A DNA stretch of 64,000 nucleotides from Owenia fusiformis (Eukaryota): positions 26,908,001 to 26,972,000 of the forward strand of contig CAIIXF020000001.1 of NCBI GenBank assembly GCA_903813345.2, in the 5' to 3' direction. The position numbers and the translations under genes are program-made. Below are positions 36,901 to 46,932 of the stretch, piece after piece (the first letter of the stretch is position 1; each line of letters begins with the position of its first letter). The notes under the pieces are model-generated. The model did no database searches, was not told the DNA's origin, and saw only the letters and a list, made by a program, of their open reading frames with translations.

Positions 36901-37448
36901 TAAATCCCCGTTCCAATTCCTGCCATTCTGGTAACGCCATGCAATGGATGCAATTCAAAGTGAGAGAGAGAGAGAGAGATCTATGAACATCAGAATGCGT
37001 CCACCCCATTAATTTGGCCAAATACATGCCATGAAACTGGCATAAGCTTAAGTACATCCCCCCTTTCTCTGGTAAATTATGACTATATTTTTCGGAGTAA
37101 TGGGTTTCGGACAACTAGGTTTCGGACAACTGGGGTGTACCCGCAAAAACATTAAGAGTACATGTAGATTGGAGTATTTTTTATTCATGTTATGAGCACC
37201 AGTCTTGTGTCCAAAATGTGGGACACAAATTGCTCTAGCAGGATGTATATTCTAATCATATGTCATAGATGATTCCCGGGAGATGAATCGACTTTCACCT
37301 CTTCACTTTGTTCATATATTTTCCCTTTCAGGAGCTGACATCCCAGTACAAAGGCAAGGGTGAGAGAACAGTTGAAGAAAGTGCAAGATTAGTTGGACTG
37401 ACCTCTGCAAAATCTTATGAAGCCCCAGAGGCACCTCCTGATAAATAG
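15965..37448 (+). CDS. FMC1: Formation of mitochondrial complex V assembly factor 1 (C7orf55 homolog), 3 exons, 113 aa
   Basis: Exons 15965-16036, 35511-35663, 37332-37448, all phase 0 and GT-AG. Protein MAAQNTNVRILRRLIRELRH...AYNYILEQFRTHQVTSERIC...TYLSYL...YKGKGERTVEESARLVGL. Confidence 0.92.
16553..16756 (-). CDS. Candidate 67 aa single-pass membrane protein in the 3' LTR
   Basis: ATG start, hydrophobic run FFALVLVSVLFIVTCLIAIICI then RVCMR and a polar tail; same strand as gag; no homology recognised. Confidence 0.4.
   Translation of the reverse strand: MELDVPFFALVLVSVLFIVTCLIAIICIRVCMRTEGDSTNQEPQVTLAPRPALQSSLGFSLATVNFE
16860..19555. repeat. Hierarchical tandem array inside the LTR (second copy 23698-26393)
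   Basis: 26-27 bp sub-repeats (ctaagttttgtag) within 227-234 bp units within a 1035 bp duplication. Confidence 0.95.
20176..20187 (-). promoter_or_regulatory. Polypurine tract
   Basis: Minus strand GGTTGGGAGGAG directly before the TGTAACG start of the 3' LTR. Confidence 0.8.
20538..23099 (-). CDS. Gag-aspartic protease polyprotein, 853 aa from ATG 23099
   Basis: Capsid-like KPDVYDGSTAWQDY...LATSLRGPA, CCHC knuckle CFYCHKPGHRIAEC, protease LVDSGA...GILGTDYL; no RT, RNase H or integrase motifs before the stop. Confidence 0.92.
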   Translation of the reverse strand: MEQETGLPPPPPLENKGDSEREKTVFLKTDKMDIDNPGAGDETVRDPKYIDKKKGSPKWAFPYPGTRTDTSDSDTEKMGLPGQSSSGYWTGAAFTDAKTPFDPIPGARREPPRRQRFPLTSTLADRQFGGPGEEIRREPDSRIRECKLESKIELLSETMINQQKQMQRLAETVVESQQAQLHNINRIAQRVEVNRQEMQTQMKDFQQNIETSIVEKLQSSIQSEIGSMDHAHPFQSPPEPGFTPDILTVGSRKPWSLRRQERIYMKPSTQAINRNVDDIMSRPKPLEDKGGRVNVTYTTSKPCGMSRREVGKDLKPSLGSAANSEEDTAVVKGENTTEPNLNTELIRMCSKLCDKFGSENSGSSSKSRIKPDVYDGSTAWQDYRAYFEIIGDLNHWSEEDNRNFLATSLRGPAQEIVLEMEHGYTYDQLLLALEKRFGPGGKAEVYEAELVSRIRKPKETLQTLGQDIRRLTALAYPEMSRTAQDRLARRSFEQSILEEDIRRAIHSKECNTLDQAIEVALKEESYLESEKIRKGQKPKCSRVMAIEDKDENEKKLMALENKIETLMGKIMELMSKQNKPEPEMSRPAPKRMECFYCHKPGHRIAECFSRKYAEERAKEAQESHSQVATVEFLSHQGKDVKASKHTNKIVAHGTVCNTDVAFLVDSGAASTIINSEVYRKMPELKRPRLEPSNRVIIQAGGEPLSQKGVAHVRINIGGHVENLKVVVADIEFDGILGTDYLAAAGAILDYGQRKMSMRSGSSREAQVRVGGTYKSTSRRVALDLAGSHPSRGKRCSQRGKLSEFPGSLRDVGQNGPGTSSTRPIKVPLARVYRSQYSGPRQRCDTDYDWRNHC
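23136..23153 (-). promoter_or_regulatory. Primer binding site, tRNA-Leu type
   Basis: TGGTGGCAGCGGTGGGAT, 1 nt from the 5' LTR, complementary to the tRNA-Leu 3' end ATCCCACCGCTGCCACCA. Confidence 0.88.
23155..27013 (-). repeat. 5' LTR, 3859 bp
   Basis: Direct repeat of 16317-20175; TATAAATA on minus at 26433-26426. Confidence 0.95.
23391..23594 (-). CDS. Candidate 67 aa single-pass membrane protein in the 5' LTR
   Basis: Identical copy of 16553-16756. Confidence 0.4.
   Translation of the reverse strand: MELDVPFFALVLVSVLFIVTCLIAIICIRVCMRTEGDSTNQEPQVTLAPRPALQSSLGFSLATVNFE
27669..28250 (-). pseudogene. DIRS tyrosine recombinase domain with an in-frame internal deletion
   Basis: N-terminal RRTGTSAAYNSSWKKW...YSTINGYRSAIS and C-terminal AHSTRAASTS...WSNAMTFFRFY are present; the core between PPKPRY and TIANW (about 27900) is missing. 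Confidence 0.85.
28076..30281 (-). pseudogene. DIRS RT / RNase H / adenine methyltransferase-like ORF with a +1 frameshift in a G8 run (28805-28812)
   Basis: LPFGL, YLDD, TDSS..GWGA, HINFLELKAI, TDN; removing one G gives LGGTRS and continues into VDLFAS...YCFPPF of ORF 28076-28654. Confidence 0.9.
28777..31452 (-). CDS. DIRS ORF1 (gag-like) whose frame stays open across the RT ORF
   Basis: Ser/Lys-rich N-terminus, helical core, RGG-rich tail near 30220-30340; first ORF after the 5' ITR. Confidence 0.8.
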   Translation of the reverse strand: MSNKQTSLPSTSRKEGESNRDNDVEKEVSQEDNEILSGETDISEKTDRANRHSDDTSSRANRQDRHSHPTTGKRNSDHFTMSSGNRTPLKESDSDSSDESQRPKRHKGNSTRTKDRSFNTSSSESTDSSSDSSSDSSSSDSSAYKSRTGKHSKHKKRAKVSSKKKSSLFDPFHELKSRQWSLSHEHEQYLKKYWQEDLLNQDDVDNMLLKSPKPDSKFIVPPKIGKHLDKMSNKNHKKTDNNLKTVQHKLSDVMGPLGALWKLSHSTEKLERNILRNLIDQAILLLGQSFKMLTFYRRLEILVPIFGFQKNQAKTFLKENKKELNKCKKSLMNRELYKSLKKESSEKQEMDKIKKSFSRSFNKPFLQGPSTASSRGAKYDRSSQRGGSQRGVTPRGNSRGGARGNKSSRGGKSRYVKNKLSSNKTRSVMPDEPKPNRRGKSVCVESRLHSSQGQHPNRRQTQMVCSKLGESILRSEHFKYSQGIHARVYALLAKLQCNGTSRNVKRDKKTFGNKNVNRNNKPIKRSISIPSLPKNEKRRVKKNNHKPQTSQPFCRIPSLQDGEHVNAQTYGRTKRFHDQGRLEGCVLDGSNCETTSEIPPISMGKHNLSNENTPVRPGVQSKGIHQNSQSAHVNHEKTGVQVHYLSRRSNNSKQTPQSTQKPSSNSNLPTSESRVLDKLGKINSNAHTNNRIPRLHHQFPESNTQSTNRKIIENQNEMQGTLSSERSHTLRGGPNDRQTFFNSFGNITSSPPLQTPTVSENTGSEEVKTIILCNSPPYFRSQTRTDMVDNPIRSLEWEGDKTKRTRSNDNNRQFPNRVGGRLKGGDYTGPLEPSRENMPHKFSGTQSNTFRNSVIHKESLQHSYPNQNRQHDSNEPFEQTGGGPDQKPLSN
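31870..32243. mobile_element. MITE with about 70 bp TIRs, Academ-like
   Basis: tagagtccatttcactgctt... / ...aagcagtgaaatggactcta; TAG termini; 3 bp TSD aac. Confidence 0.75.
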
Positions 37449-38929
37449 GCATGCTTGAAACAACTATAAATATTATTTATTTTAATGAGTCAGTACTGTG
37501 AATCACATTATGCCCCATCACTTGTCATCACCTGGAATAGCTATGATAGAAGATTTCAAAGATAGAAGAATCTGTAAATTAAACATTTATTGAATCATGT
37601 TGTTTACCAGTGTGACTTCCAACCTTAAGAAGTTACGCTGTAAATGCAATATTGCCAGACATATCAGAGTGATTATATTTTGAAAAATCCTACACCCATT
37701 AATGATTTCAAAATAACACTAAAAGAGGACTGAGACTTTGATACTGCTTTGAATATGTTTGTACTCATTGCTGCCATAAGTAAAATTTCATCTTTGTTTG
37801 CCAAAGAAAACCATGGTGAGGCAGTAAATTCTACATTAAAAGAAAATTTTGAAGATGATCCTCAAATATTGTGATGTATATTGTGTCCAAATTCTAAGGT
37901 TTTCACTTTTGGGGAATTTGAAATCTTGAGTAAACTATAGAATTATAATTTTGTGATTGTTCAAATTCCAAAGGTGATCACTTTAAATGGGTGCTCATAT
38001 AAGTTTACAGTTTTTCCTGTATTACAAATTATACTGCTGGTATGCTGTATGTAGATAGATCCCTGATATGTTTGTTAAACTATTGCATTCTAAAGGCCTC
38101 ACTGGTAGAGTGTGGTGCCATTGTATTGCAGCTTTTGAGAAGGAATAAATGTTAATGATTTAATTATAGTTCATGCTTTCCTCTGTTAATATATATTATA
38201 ATATACTTCATGCCATTTTAGCCAATGGAAAAGTTTTCTCATTTTTATTTAACATTTTCAATATTTTTCAAGGGGTCCAAACTTTCCCCTCTTGGTGCCA
38301 ACTGCCAAGGAGGTATTTTCAACAAGCAAATACATGCATATCTAGGTCCTAAGTAATGAAGACCAGGAAGTAATAGTTATCAGTGCAATTGTCACAGTAA
38401 TGTGTCATCCATAATTTATTTTTTTATATGGTGACATCATACGATATTCTGTTATGAAAAAAAGTCCAAAAGCTTAGAAGTGAATAATCTGTAACAATAA
38501 TTTACTATATAAAAAAATAATGATGGAAAAGTACTGAATGTGAAGTGTACAGTCAATTATTGTATTTGTGATATTTACAGTTAAATAACAAAATGAGATT
38601 TGGGCTTAAAAATAATTTCCAAAATAGATAACACTACTTTTGCATCATCTTTTTGTTTTTTGTCAGTTTTGAGTGGTAAGATGCAATAGGAACAGTTGGA
38701 TATTAACTCTCTATTGATGGATTGTTATGATTGAAATAATGAATTTTCAAATGAACCCACATTTTAATAAATGGTTTACAAATCATTAGTTGTTCAGGGA
38801 CATGCTAAACATAGTATTCATTTAGCAATTCAATAGTAACATCTGCATTCAATATCAACAGATTCAACACAAGGTTGTTTCACAGCAACCTGACTCACCT
38901 CTGAAGCAAGTCGAGGAAAAGGAAGACAT

Positions 38930-39275
38930 GTTTTATAAAAAAATGATTGTAAATGTTGAAACAAGTTGTTGGAGTGTATTTGGAAGTACTTAAAGTAAAA
39001 TTGATTGTATATGCTATTGAGTAAACTAGGATAGTGCTTGTGTACTAGATTCTCGCAATAACTCTATAGTTTTAAAGGGAGGACATATTTCATAAAAAGA
39101 TGATTGTAAATGTTGAAACAAGTTGTTGGGAGTGTATTTGGAAGTACTAAGAGTAAAATTGATTGTATATGCTGTTGAGTAAACTAGGACAGTACTTGTG
39201 TAATGTGTACTAGATTCTCTTTTAAAGGGAGGACATATTTCATAAAAAGATGATTGCAAATGTTGAAACAAGTTG
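38930..39275. repeat. Local tandem duplication, about 160 bp, 2-3 copies
   Basis: atgattgtaaatgttgaaacaagttg recurs near 38942, 39100 and 39250. Confidence 0.8.
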
Positions 39276-39480
39276 CAGGAGATATATGGAAGTCTAAATA
39301 TATGTCTGAGTATTTAAACTTTCTTGAGATAGAAGTATTGTAACAAAAGTTGATTTGTGTTGAAAAAGCACAAAACAATATTTAAAGTATATAAAAGTTT
39401 ATTTTCATTCAATATTTGTAAAAATCAATTTAAGTTAAACAATTAACACTGCAAATGCATGTCATTATAAGCATTTATAT

Positions 39481-39642
39481 ACAGTGAAACCTGTATATAG
39501 TGAACACTTATTTGTTCACTGTAGGTAGGTGTTCACTACAGAGAGAATTTTATAAATTAGTCAATGTAGAATGTCTCTTCAAGTGTCCACTTGACACAGG
39601 TGTTCACTAGATAGAGGTGTTCACCTGGACAGATTTTAGTGT
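39481..39642. mobile_element. Tc1/pogo-type MITE; fragment also at about 36135-36220
   Basis: TA-cagtgaaacctgt...acagattttagtg-TA. Confidence 0.65.
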
Positions 39643-40829
39643 ATTTCTGTTATAAGTGACTTTCAAAAATCTCTGAAATGTTGTTACTAATATATAATAA
39701 TTATAATGATGATATCTGGCTTATCCCTATCGCTTTCTAACACATCAAATCTGTACATATATTATGTAATACTTGCAAGTTCCCTAAAAAATAAAATTTA
39801 GTATGAACCTCTACACATAAAGAATTTTAATCATCTTTCTCATTTTTTGCTTCTCATGGTATCTAGTTTCACAGAAAATATGATTATATTATTAATTATT
39901 GACCAATATGGTCTACAGTTAAGTATATACACTATACAGTAAAAACTATCAAACTAGTATCAAAACTATGTAAACAAATAAGTGAATTCAGTTTCACTAA
40001 AATACACATTTCCTCATTGTGTACCAACATGGTACATATTATACACTTATAAATTGTGAATTAGGCTCTCAGTCTAAAACCAAATAGAATATATCTAATA
40101 TAGAAACTTATTTTTATGTGAAACTAAATAAATTTATAGTTGCGCTACCTGGACAAGATAAATGATAAAAAGTTCAGATTTTAATAACATCCTTGTTAAT
40201 ATTTTTTGATATTTCCTCAAAAAACTTTGCCAAAACTGAAGCTCTTATCTCTATTGGTCTTCAAAAAGGACCAGGAAGGAAATAATTTTTTATATCAATA
40301 GAATAATCGATTTGGTTTCAACTAAGTTAAAGTGTCATTAATATGACAAAACTGTATACAATGCAATATGCAATACAATGTGTTTAAAATATATATGTGT
40401 CAATTAGATTTCACATAATAATACAATACAAAATGACAATGCCTTCAAAAGTAATTCAATCCCTTACTCAGCTCAGTTATACTTTTTTGATGCATTCCAT
40501 CCGGGCATTGTTTTTAATAAATTATGTAAAAAGTTATTTACAAATAAGTTACTTAAATTCTAAAATATGTACACACTATATAAATAGATCCTAAATACCA
40601 GACCCATTGTTGAAAATATTATGCATTTTCATATTTATCACAGTTTTAGTTTGTGGCATTAGTGACATTAGAAACTGTCTATTGCCAAATTACTTCCTGC
40701 GAAAGCTATGTTGATTTTGATATAATTTCAAAATCTAACATGGCTCTCGAAGTCAGTAAATGTTATTTTCATAGCATGGAAAACTAAAGTAGTTAGAAAT
40801 GTATTAATGCTGATATTTTATAGATGTTT

Positions 40830-41629
40830 TTATCCAACCACTGTCCCTTTGATTTTGCTAACTTTATCAGCTACACACGTACATCCAACAGCGATACGCT
40901 CCCAGTCTGGTATGTATTTGTAGAAGCCATCTTCACCGCATTCTCCTGCTTGTTTACGGAGAACTCTGACATTGTAGTAAACTGGTCTGCATCCAAACCC
41001 ATATTCTTTTCCATAGCACCCATCCTTGCAGTTGCAAGAGGCCTGGACCATTGTGCTTGGAAAGCGGTTCTTGTCGTAGTTATAGACATAACTATGGATG
41101 GAGAAAAGGAAAACATTAACATGATTAAAGACATTTGTAAGAAAAAAAGTTATTGTGTTTAAATCAAGTTTTGCAGGCTAAAGTCAAAATCTTTAATGGT
41201 TGATAGCATTCTAACTTTAACTTACTTTAAAATTTGGAACAAAACTGAAAGATCGTACATGGTATTTTAAAATGATACGTACCTCCAAGGGCAAATCGAT
41301 CGTTTCATGATGAAACGAGATGTCGTGTTAATTTTACATTCAGTGTCTCCAAATATATGACGCCCATTGTGATCCTCTCCTTTGGTTTCCAAATATGTCC
41401 GGGAGCGGTTCGCCCAATGAGCATGCAGTATTCTCGTTAAAGGTGGCAACATTGCAACATTTTCTGAGTAATCGCTATTTCTTCGTGCCCGTTGTAGCAC
41501 TCTGGAAAGATTCTGTGGTTCGTTGCATTCTGAACCGTACACATTCTTGTTGTTTAAGACGGTAATTGCATACGTTATGAAGAACAACAAAATTACTTTG
41601 TTGAACATGGTTGTCATGTGCGTGTCCAT
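40830..41629 (-). CDS. IL17: Interleukin-17 family cytokine, 2 coding exons, about 202 aa
   Basis: Exons 41629-41283 and 41091-40830 (phase 2, GT-AG); signal-peptide-like N-terminus; RSICPWSYVYNYDKNRFP..ASCNC..GC...CRPVYYNVRVLR...C...ERIAVGCTC cystine-knot signature; a splice acceptor lies directly before the ATG. Confidence 0.93.
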
Positions 41630-42785
41630 CTGAAAGTAATTATCAGGAATTAGTGAGACGAATCGATGGAAATTGGGAAGTGGGGAAGTGCCGTCAGTCT
41701 TTCAAATTGGGAAGTGCGGTCAGTATTTCAAATCTGAGTAATCTCTATTTTCATTGAAAACCCCTGCGCTAATTTTTAAATCTAATTGATTCATTTCAAT
41801 GTATAGTTTTTCAAGGAAAAGAAAATTTGTTTCGTATGACTTTATAATTTCAAATCATAGTAAAAATACGGGTGAGACAAGTAGAACTTTTTGTAAACAT
41901 AGTAAAAATACGGGTGAGACAAGTAGAAATTTTTGTAAACAATTTCAAAAATATGACAAAGATCTAATTGAAAAAAGGAGCACGTAGGTTATCGCAAACA
42001 ATTTCAGACCACGATTCTAACTTAAATTATGAATATTTTCTGATTATGAACGCGGGTGTATCTTTTAGACCCATTGATTATCTTTAAGAAAAGTATAATG
42101 ATAATTACGTTAATCAGACTGAGTGATATTAAAGGGGCAATGAACCAACAACATACTTTTTTCAAAAATGTTGAACTAATTTTCAACAAAAATGCAACAT
42201 TTTATTATATTGTTGAATGCGTAACCACTTTAAGATATGTTCTTTTCCCTAAAGGAAAAGTGGATTCCTCCAGGGACTTTAAAGATACATGATTGCATTT
42301 TTGTGAAAATGAGGTCAACATCTTTGAAGAGGTGTGTTGATGCTATCTAAATATCTACGAGTCCGATTGACTTTATTAAAATAATCATTGTATATAATTT
42401 TCTTTGAGACAATACATGGATCTAAAAGATATAATGTCTTCATGGTCAGAAAATAGTCATAATCCAAGATATAACCATCTGAAATTGTTTGCGATAACTT
42501 ACCTGAACCTTTGTACATGTTCTTCCCCATAGTCATCTCTGTACTAAACGACTATCTGTTGTCAGGTTGCATGATATTAATTATTAGGAATATAATGACT
42601 ATGAGAAATTATATAAATTGTAGGAAATTAATAATTTTACATACTAATCCACAACGAAATCAAATGTGCAATTATTGAAAAGTATAAAACTTTCATTATA
42701 ATATTTCTATTTCTATTTTAGATTTCATTTATTATTTTACAATTAAGCCATTATTTTTCTTTAAAACTCAATGTACGTCGCCTGT

Positions 42786-42865
42786 TAGCCTTGCCCAAGT
42801 CGGTATTTTTTTACTAATCTGATTTGAAATCAAGATAGTAAAAGAGACCGACTTGGGCAAGGCTA
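42786..42865. mobile_element. 80 bp palindromic MITE with a 9 bp TSD, AcademH-like
   Basis: 19 bp TIR tagccttgcccaagtcggt / accgacttgggcaaggcta; TSD gtcgcctgt at 42777-42785 and 42866-42874. Confidence 0.85.
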
Positions 42866-43428
42866 GTCGCCTGTGTATACTCTGCGTATACATCTTGTAC
42901 ATGTAGTTACGTTACTGTAAAGCTTTTTTTATTACGTAGAATAAAATAATATACATTTCTGTAACCTATCAAATCTTGGTTATATCCCCATTTGTAGATT
43001 ACTAAGTTAACATTGCAAAGATGTTTTTAGAACTTTGCCGAAATATCTGAAATTAATTTATTCCCTTTTGATAGATTTAATTTGAAATAAATGAACTATT
43101 GAAAAATCAAGTTAATTACATTGACAAAAGTTATTTGTTTACCTGTATATTTTTCTTGAAACACCCTTCGTCTGTTTGTAGTTGTCTCCAAATAAGTGAA
43201 TTAACTTTATTTTGTTTATTATTTTGATCTGTCTATTTGAATCTCTGTTAGAGATGGTATCGTATCGTCCCTTCTGGTTCGTCTGATCCCTCTCGACCGG
43301 GGCCCAGTATTCATAGACCCGCTCCGCGATTGCACAAGTTACATCAGCCGTGAATTCACGTGTCAATACTAGACACTACCTTAGCACATGATGGAATTCG
43401 TGTTCAAGGCAGTGATTTAAAATATCAA

Positions 43429-43645
43429 GGGAAAACCCGGCGATTGCCAATTGGCTATCATATTGTTCAAATCGGGTATTCCCATTTGTAATTTTATTTA
43501 AATTTGTTACGATTGTCGGTCAATATATTCTGAAACTACAACCTTTCACTTCGTGACCGTTTAGTTCCTGATGATTAATAGATTCAGGTATAAGGTGTAT
43601 TAGTCTGAGATCAAGCACCCGACCGTCCATCCGGTGGGCTATCCC
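43429..43645. promoter_or_regulatory. Cluster of kappaB-like sites upstream of the putative IL-17 first exon
   Basis: GGGAAAACCC 43429-43438, GGGTATTCCC 43474-43483, GGGCTATCCC 43636-43645; minus-strand donor CAG|GTAAAC at 43143/43142. Confidence 0.45.
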
Positions 43646-44134
43646 GAACGTACGACTGGAAAACTTTTGGGAGTGAATAAATAACAATGAACAATAATCA
43701 TGATCAATTCTCGGAAATTGGTGATTTCCAATATAATATAAATTATTTTTACTGTAAACGTATTTGTTCAACCCATTGTCCGAAAATTGTAGGCTATTAC
43801 CTAAGTGTTTCTGGAAGCCAAAGGTGACTCCCAGTGAGTAATAAGTAAGCATAGCATAAGGCTTTTTAGTCATTTTTGAACTTTCTTGTACACTTTTGAG
43901 CCTTATAAATTCTTGAAGATTTAGGCCAGAAATTGAAGTGGCATGGGGAACAATCATCCGACGCCGCCGAGACAGTGACTGGTAGGCTTAGGCTATGTCT
44001 GTGGTGATGGATTGGATCATCTGAGGTCCATGATAGACCTCTCTATCCCCGGATAGAGGTCCATTGTTGCGTCCTGGAGTTTTGCATTGTCATCTCTGAA
44101 TCAATTTTATTTTCCCCCATTTCATTATTTTCGA

Positions 44135-44260
44135 ATAAGGAAGTAAATAAAGCCAATGAGTCATCTCTATAAGCACGTGCTTTTGTTTACATCCGGTAAT
44201 GTAAGGTCATGAGCATGCGCAGTTGATTTGTTTCGAAATTCAAAACACGAAAAGGTAGGT
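44135..44260 (+). promoter_or_regulatory. Probable PARPBP promoter and non-coding first exon
   Basis: ggaagt, ccaat, cacgtg, gcatgcgc and ttcaaa (reverse CHR), then donor AAG|GTAGGT at 44254/44255. Confidence 0.5.
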
Positions 44261-44504
44261 ATGAATGGACCGCTGTAAAATTGTATGAGTTCCTCCCAAA
44301 CTGCTATCGCTTGAAGTGTAATTTGTTATCATAAGATTTTTTAATGTCTGATAACAATTTTCAGCTTACAAAACACGCAAAAAGGTTAGCCATTGACTCG
44401 AAAAATACAGTTTCAAAGTTTGCAAAAATATTGATCCTTTTTCTGAATCATTGAATGGATTTGTAAGAAGTGAACGGTCAGTTTCTCAATAACACTTACA
44501 CGTC

Positions 44505-45399
44505 GCACGAAACTGGGGACAATTAGCGTAACATTATGGCGTCAAAAAAACAAAACAAAACAATGAGCAGTATAGGGCGCAAACAGCCTTACAACGTCAA
44601 AAACGACAAGCGTCACATTTTTTACAAGTTTAGTCAACCTAAAAATAAAATACTTTATCCTTATCTAATCATTACAAAATTTACAGGGTAGCAAGATCTC
44701 GAGGACAATATTTCTAAAATGTTTTTGAATTTTGAAAAACGGTCAAGAAATCCACTTGGGGCGTTAGTAAAAATTGATATGTATGGAATTTGTGGTAAAA
44801 AATCGATGCGTCACATTTTTTCAAGTCTCGAAAACCAGCTCTTATTTTGATATAATTTGCAAAATAAACAAACTGGTTATTGTTTTGTAAATTTCGCCAT
44901 GACAATATTGTGCAGTTAAATTTTCTTTCAAATCAGACCTAAATTAGAAGGTTAAATGAAGGTAAACTTATTGCTCGTCCCATTCGCCTTCAAAACCTTA
45001 CACAATTTTGAAAATTTTAAAAGCGTTCGTATAAGATATAATATGAAATGTAGCCGTTAAGCAATTGTGACGTCATAAATGCATATGTTCTATTGAATAA
45101 ATTGTGAAATTTAAGTGGGATTTTGATCATTATTTCAAAAGTTATCTCAATTTCAACGAGCCCTGTAAGCGTAAAGTGTTACGTCTTACAGCGTATTTGA
45201 CGATGTCGGAGTATATTTATCTTTAAAAATGTGTTTGATCCCATCAAAATTTTGAAGGAAAAATAATTTCATTGAAATGCGAATAAAAAATACTTCAAAA
45301 TGATATGTAAAACACATAGTTGGTTTTTTAAATAAGGCAGAGATTAACGTTCAAAGCTGAGATAAGCCCGCATTTCCCGAATTGTCCCCAGGTCCGTGC
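44505..45399. mobile_element. 895 bp non-autonomous DNA transposon, unclassified
   Basis: TIR gcacgaaactggggacaatt / aattgtccccaggtccgtgc; 5 bp TSD acgtc. Confidence 0.8.
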
Positions 45400-45574
45400 A
45401 CGTCATAACTGGATTTCCATTGGCCAATTACTGAGTTTACTTAGAGAAGACAATGTAATGATATTTTCCTGAAAAAAGCAAGGAAATTAACACATGCCTT
45501 CATACTTTATTTTGTACCAGAAAATAACATGGGCATAGCATTTTTTTCAAAAATGTTTGGAAAGAAACCCACAT

Positions 45575-46932
45575 CCCTATCTATTGCAAGACTTATACCT
45601 GGCACAACTGTCACCATGTTATTAAGTGTTTTTGAGTTTCGCAAGGACCCTGCCATGAGTTTCGCAAGGACCCTGGCATGACCGTGGTAGTGTTATTGTG
45701 AAAGCCTGGTATAACCATGACAATGCTATTATATTGCAAGGCCTGTCATGATCGTGGTAATGTTAAAGCCTGTGTGATAATGGTTGCAAGGCCTGTCATG
45801 ACTGTGGTAATGTTAAAGGCTGATATGACCATGACAATGGTTGCAAGGTCTGTCACAACCGTGGTAATGCTAAAGCACGATATGACCGTGACGATGGTTA
45901 TAAATGAGCCTCGCCATAGGAAAACCGGTCTTATCACAAAAATTTAAATTGTGCTACAGAGCCAAAAATGTGCCCAAGATTAAGGGGAAAATGTGCTAAA
46001 TTCAAATCAGACTTTTTGGTCTATACTCTATACCTGCAAGTAAAAATTGTTAAGACACAAGCCATGACTCATTTGAAAGGTCTCTTTGTGCTTTTTAAGA
46101 AAAACAATAAATCAAAACATTTTTGAATCTACGATTTAAGATTCTTACTGCAGCTGAGGTTAGATAAAACTGCATGTTGTCAATTAATGCTTTGCGGACC
46201 AGCGATTGTCTGATATAACCGTATGCATGGTACACGATATGACCGCCATCGCAGTCTATTACTGGCAATCTCTTGCAGATATTCTGGCCCATTGATGAAG
46301 AAAAACAAAAAAACACGAAGACTAAAACTTCTCCAACCTACCCATATTCAAGGTCTTCTTTACAGGTTTATGGTCTGTAGCTAACAGACTGTCAGACAGA
46401 ATAATATAAATATCACCAGGAAATCATTTAAAGGTTAGTGAGCATTTTTTCTGTCTATGTTTTACAGTTTCGGGGGGTTTTCTTTGTAGCTAATGAAAAT
46501 AGATGTTAGCCTTGATGTAATTTGATGAAAGTATCTTTGATATATAACTTATATAGATACCGGTATGTAACTTCGATATATTTTGACACTAGGTCCATGA
46601 TCGTTGGATACATCTCTGCGCTACTGACTCAACCTTTAACATTACCACGGTCATGACAGGCCTTGCAACCATTGTCACAGTCATATTAGGCTTTAACACT
46701 ACCGTCATGACAGGCCTTGCAATATAATATTGTATTGTCACGGTCATATCAGGCTTTAACATTACCACGGTCATGACAGGCCTTGCAATACATGTATAAT
46801 ATAACATTGTCAAGGTTATTCCAGGATTTCACGATAACACATCCATGGTCATGGCAGGATCCTTGCGCAACTTAAAAACACTTAATAACATGGTGACGGT
46901 TGTGCTAGGCATAAGTCTTGTAACAGATAGGG
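45575..46932. repeat. Foldback-like long inverted repeat with internal sub-repeats of about 60 bp
   Basis: 45575-45900 is inverted relative to 46630-46932 (for example gtcaccatgttattaagtgttttt / aaaaacacttaataacatggtgac). Confidence 0.8.

Noticed and set aside
43520-43957. 145 aa ORF on minus
   Set aside because: No recognisable domain or splice support; lies in the IL-17/PARPBP intergenic region
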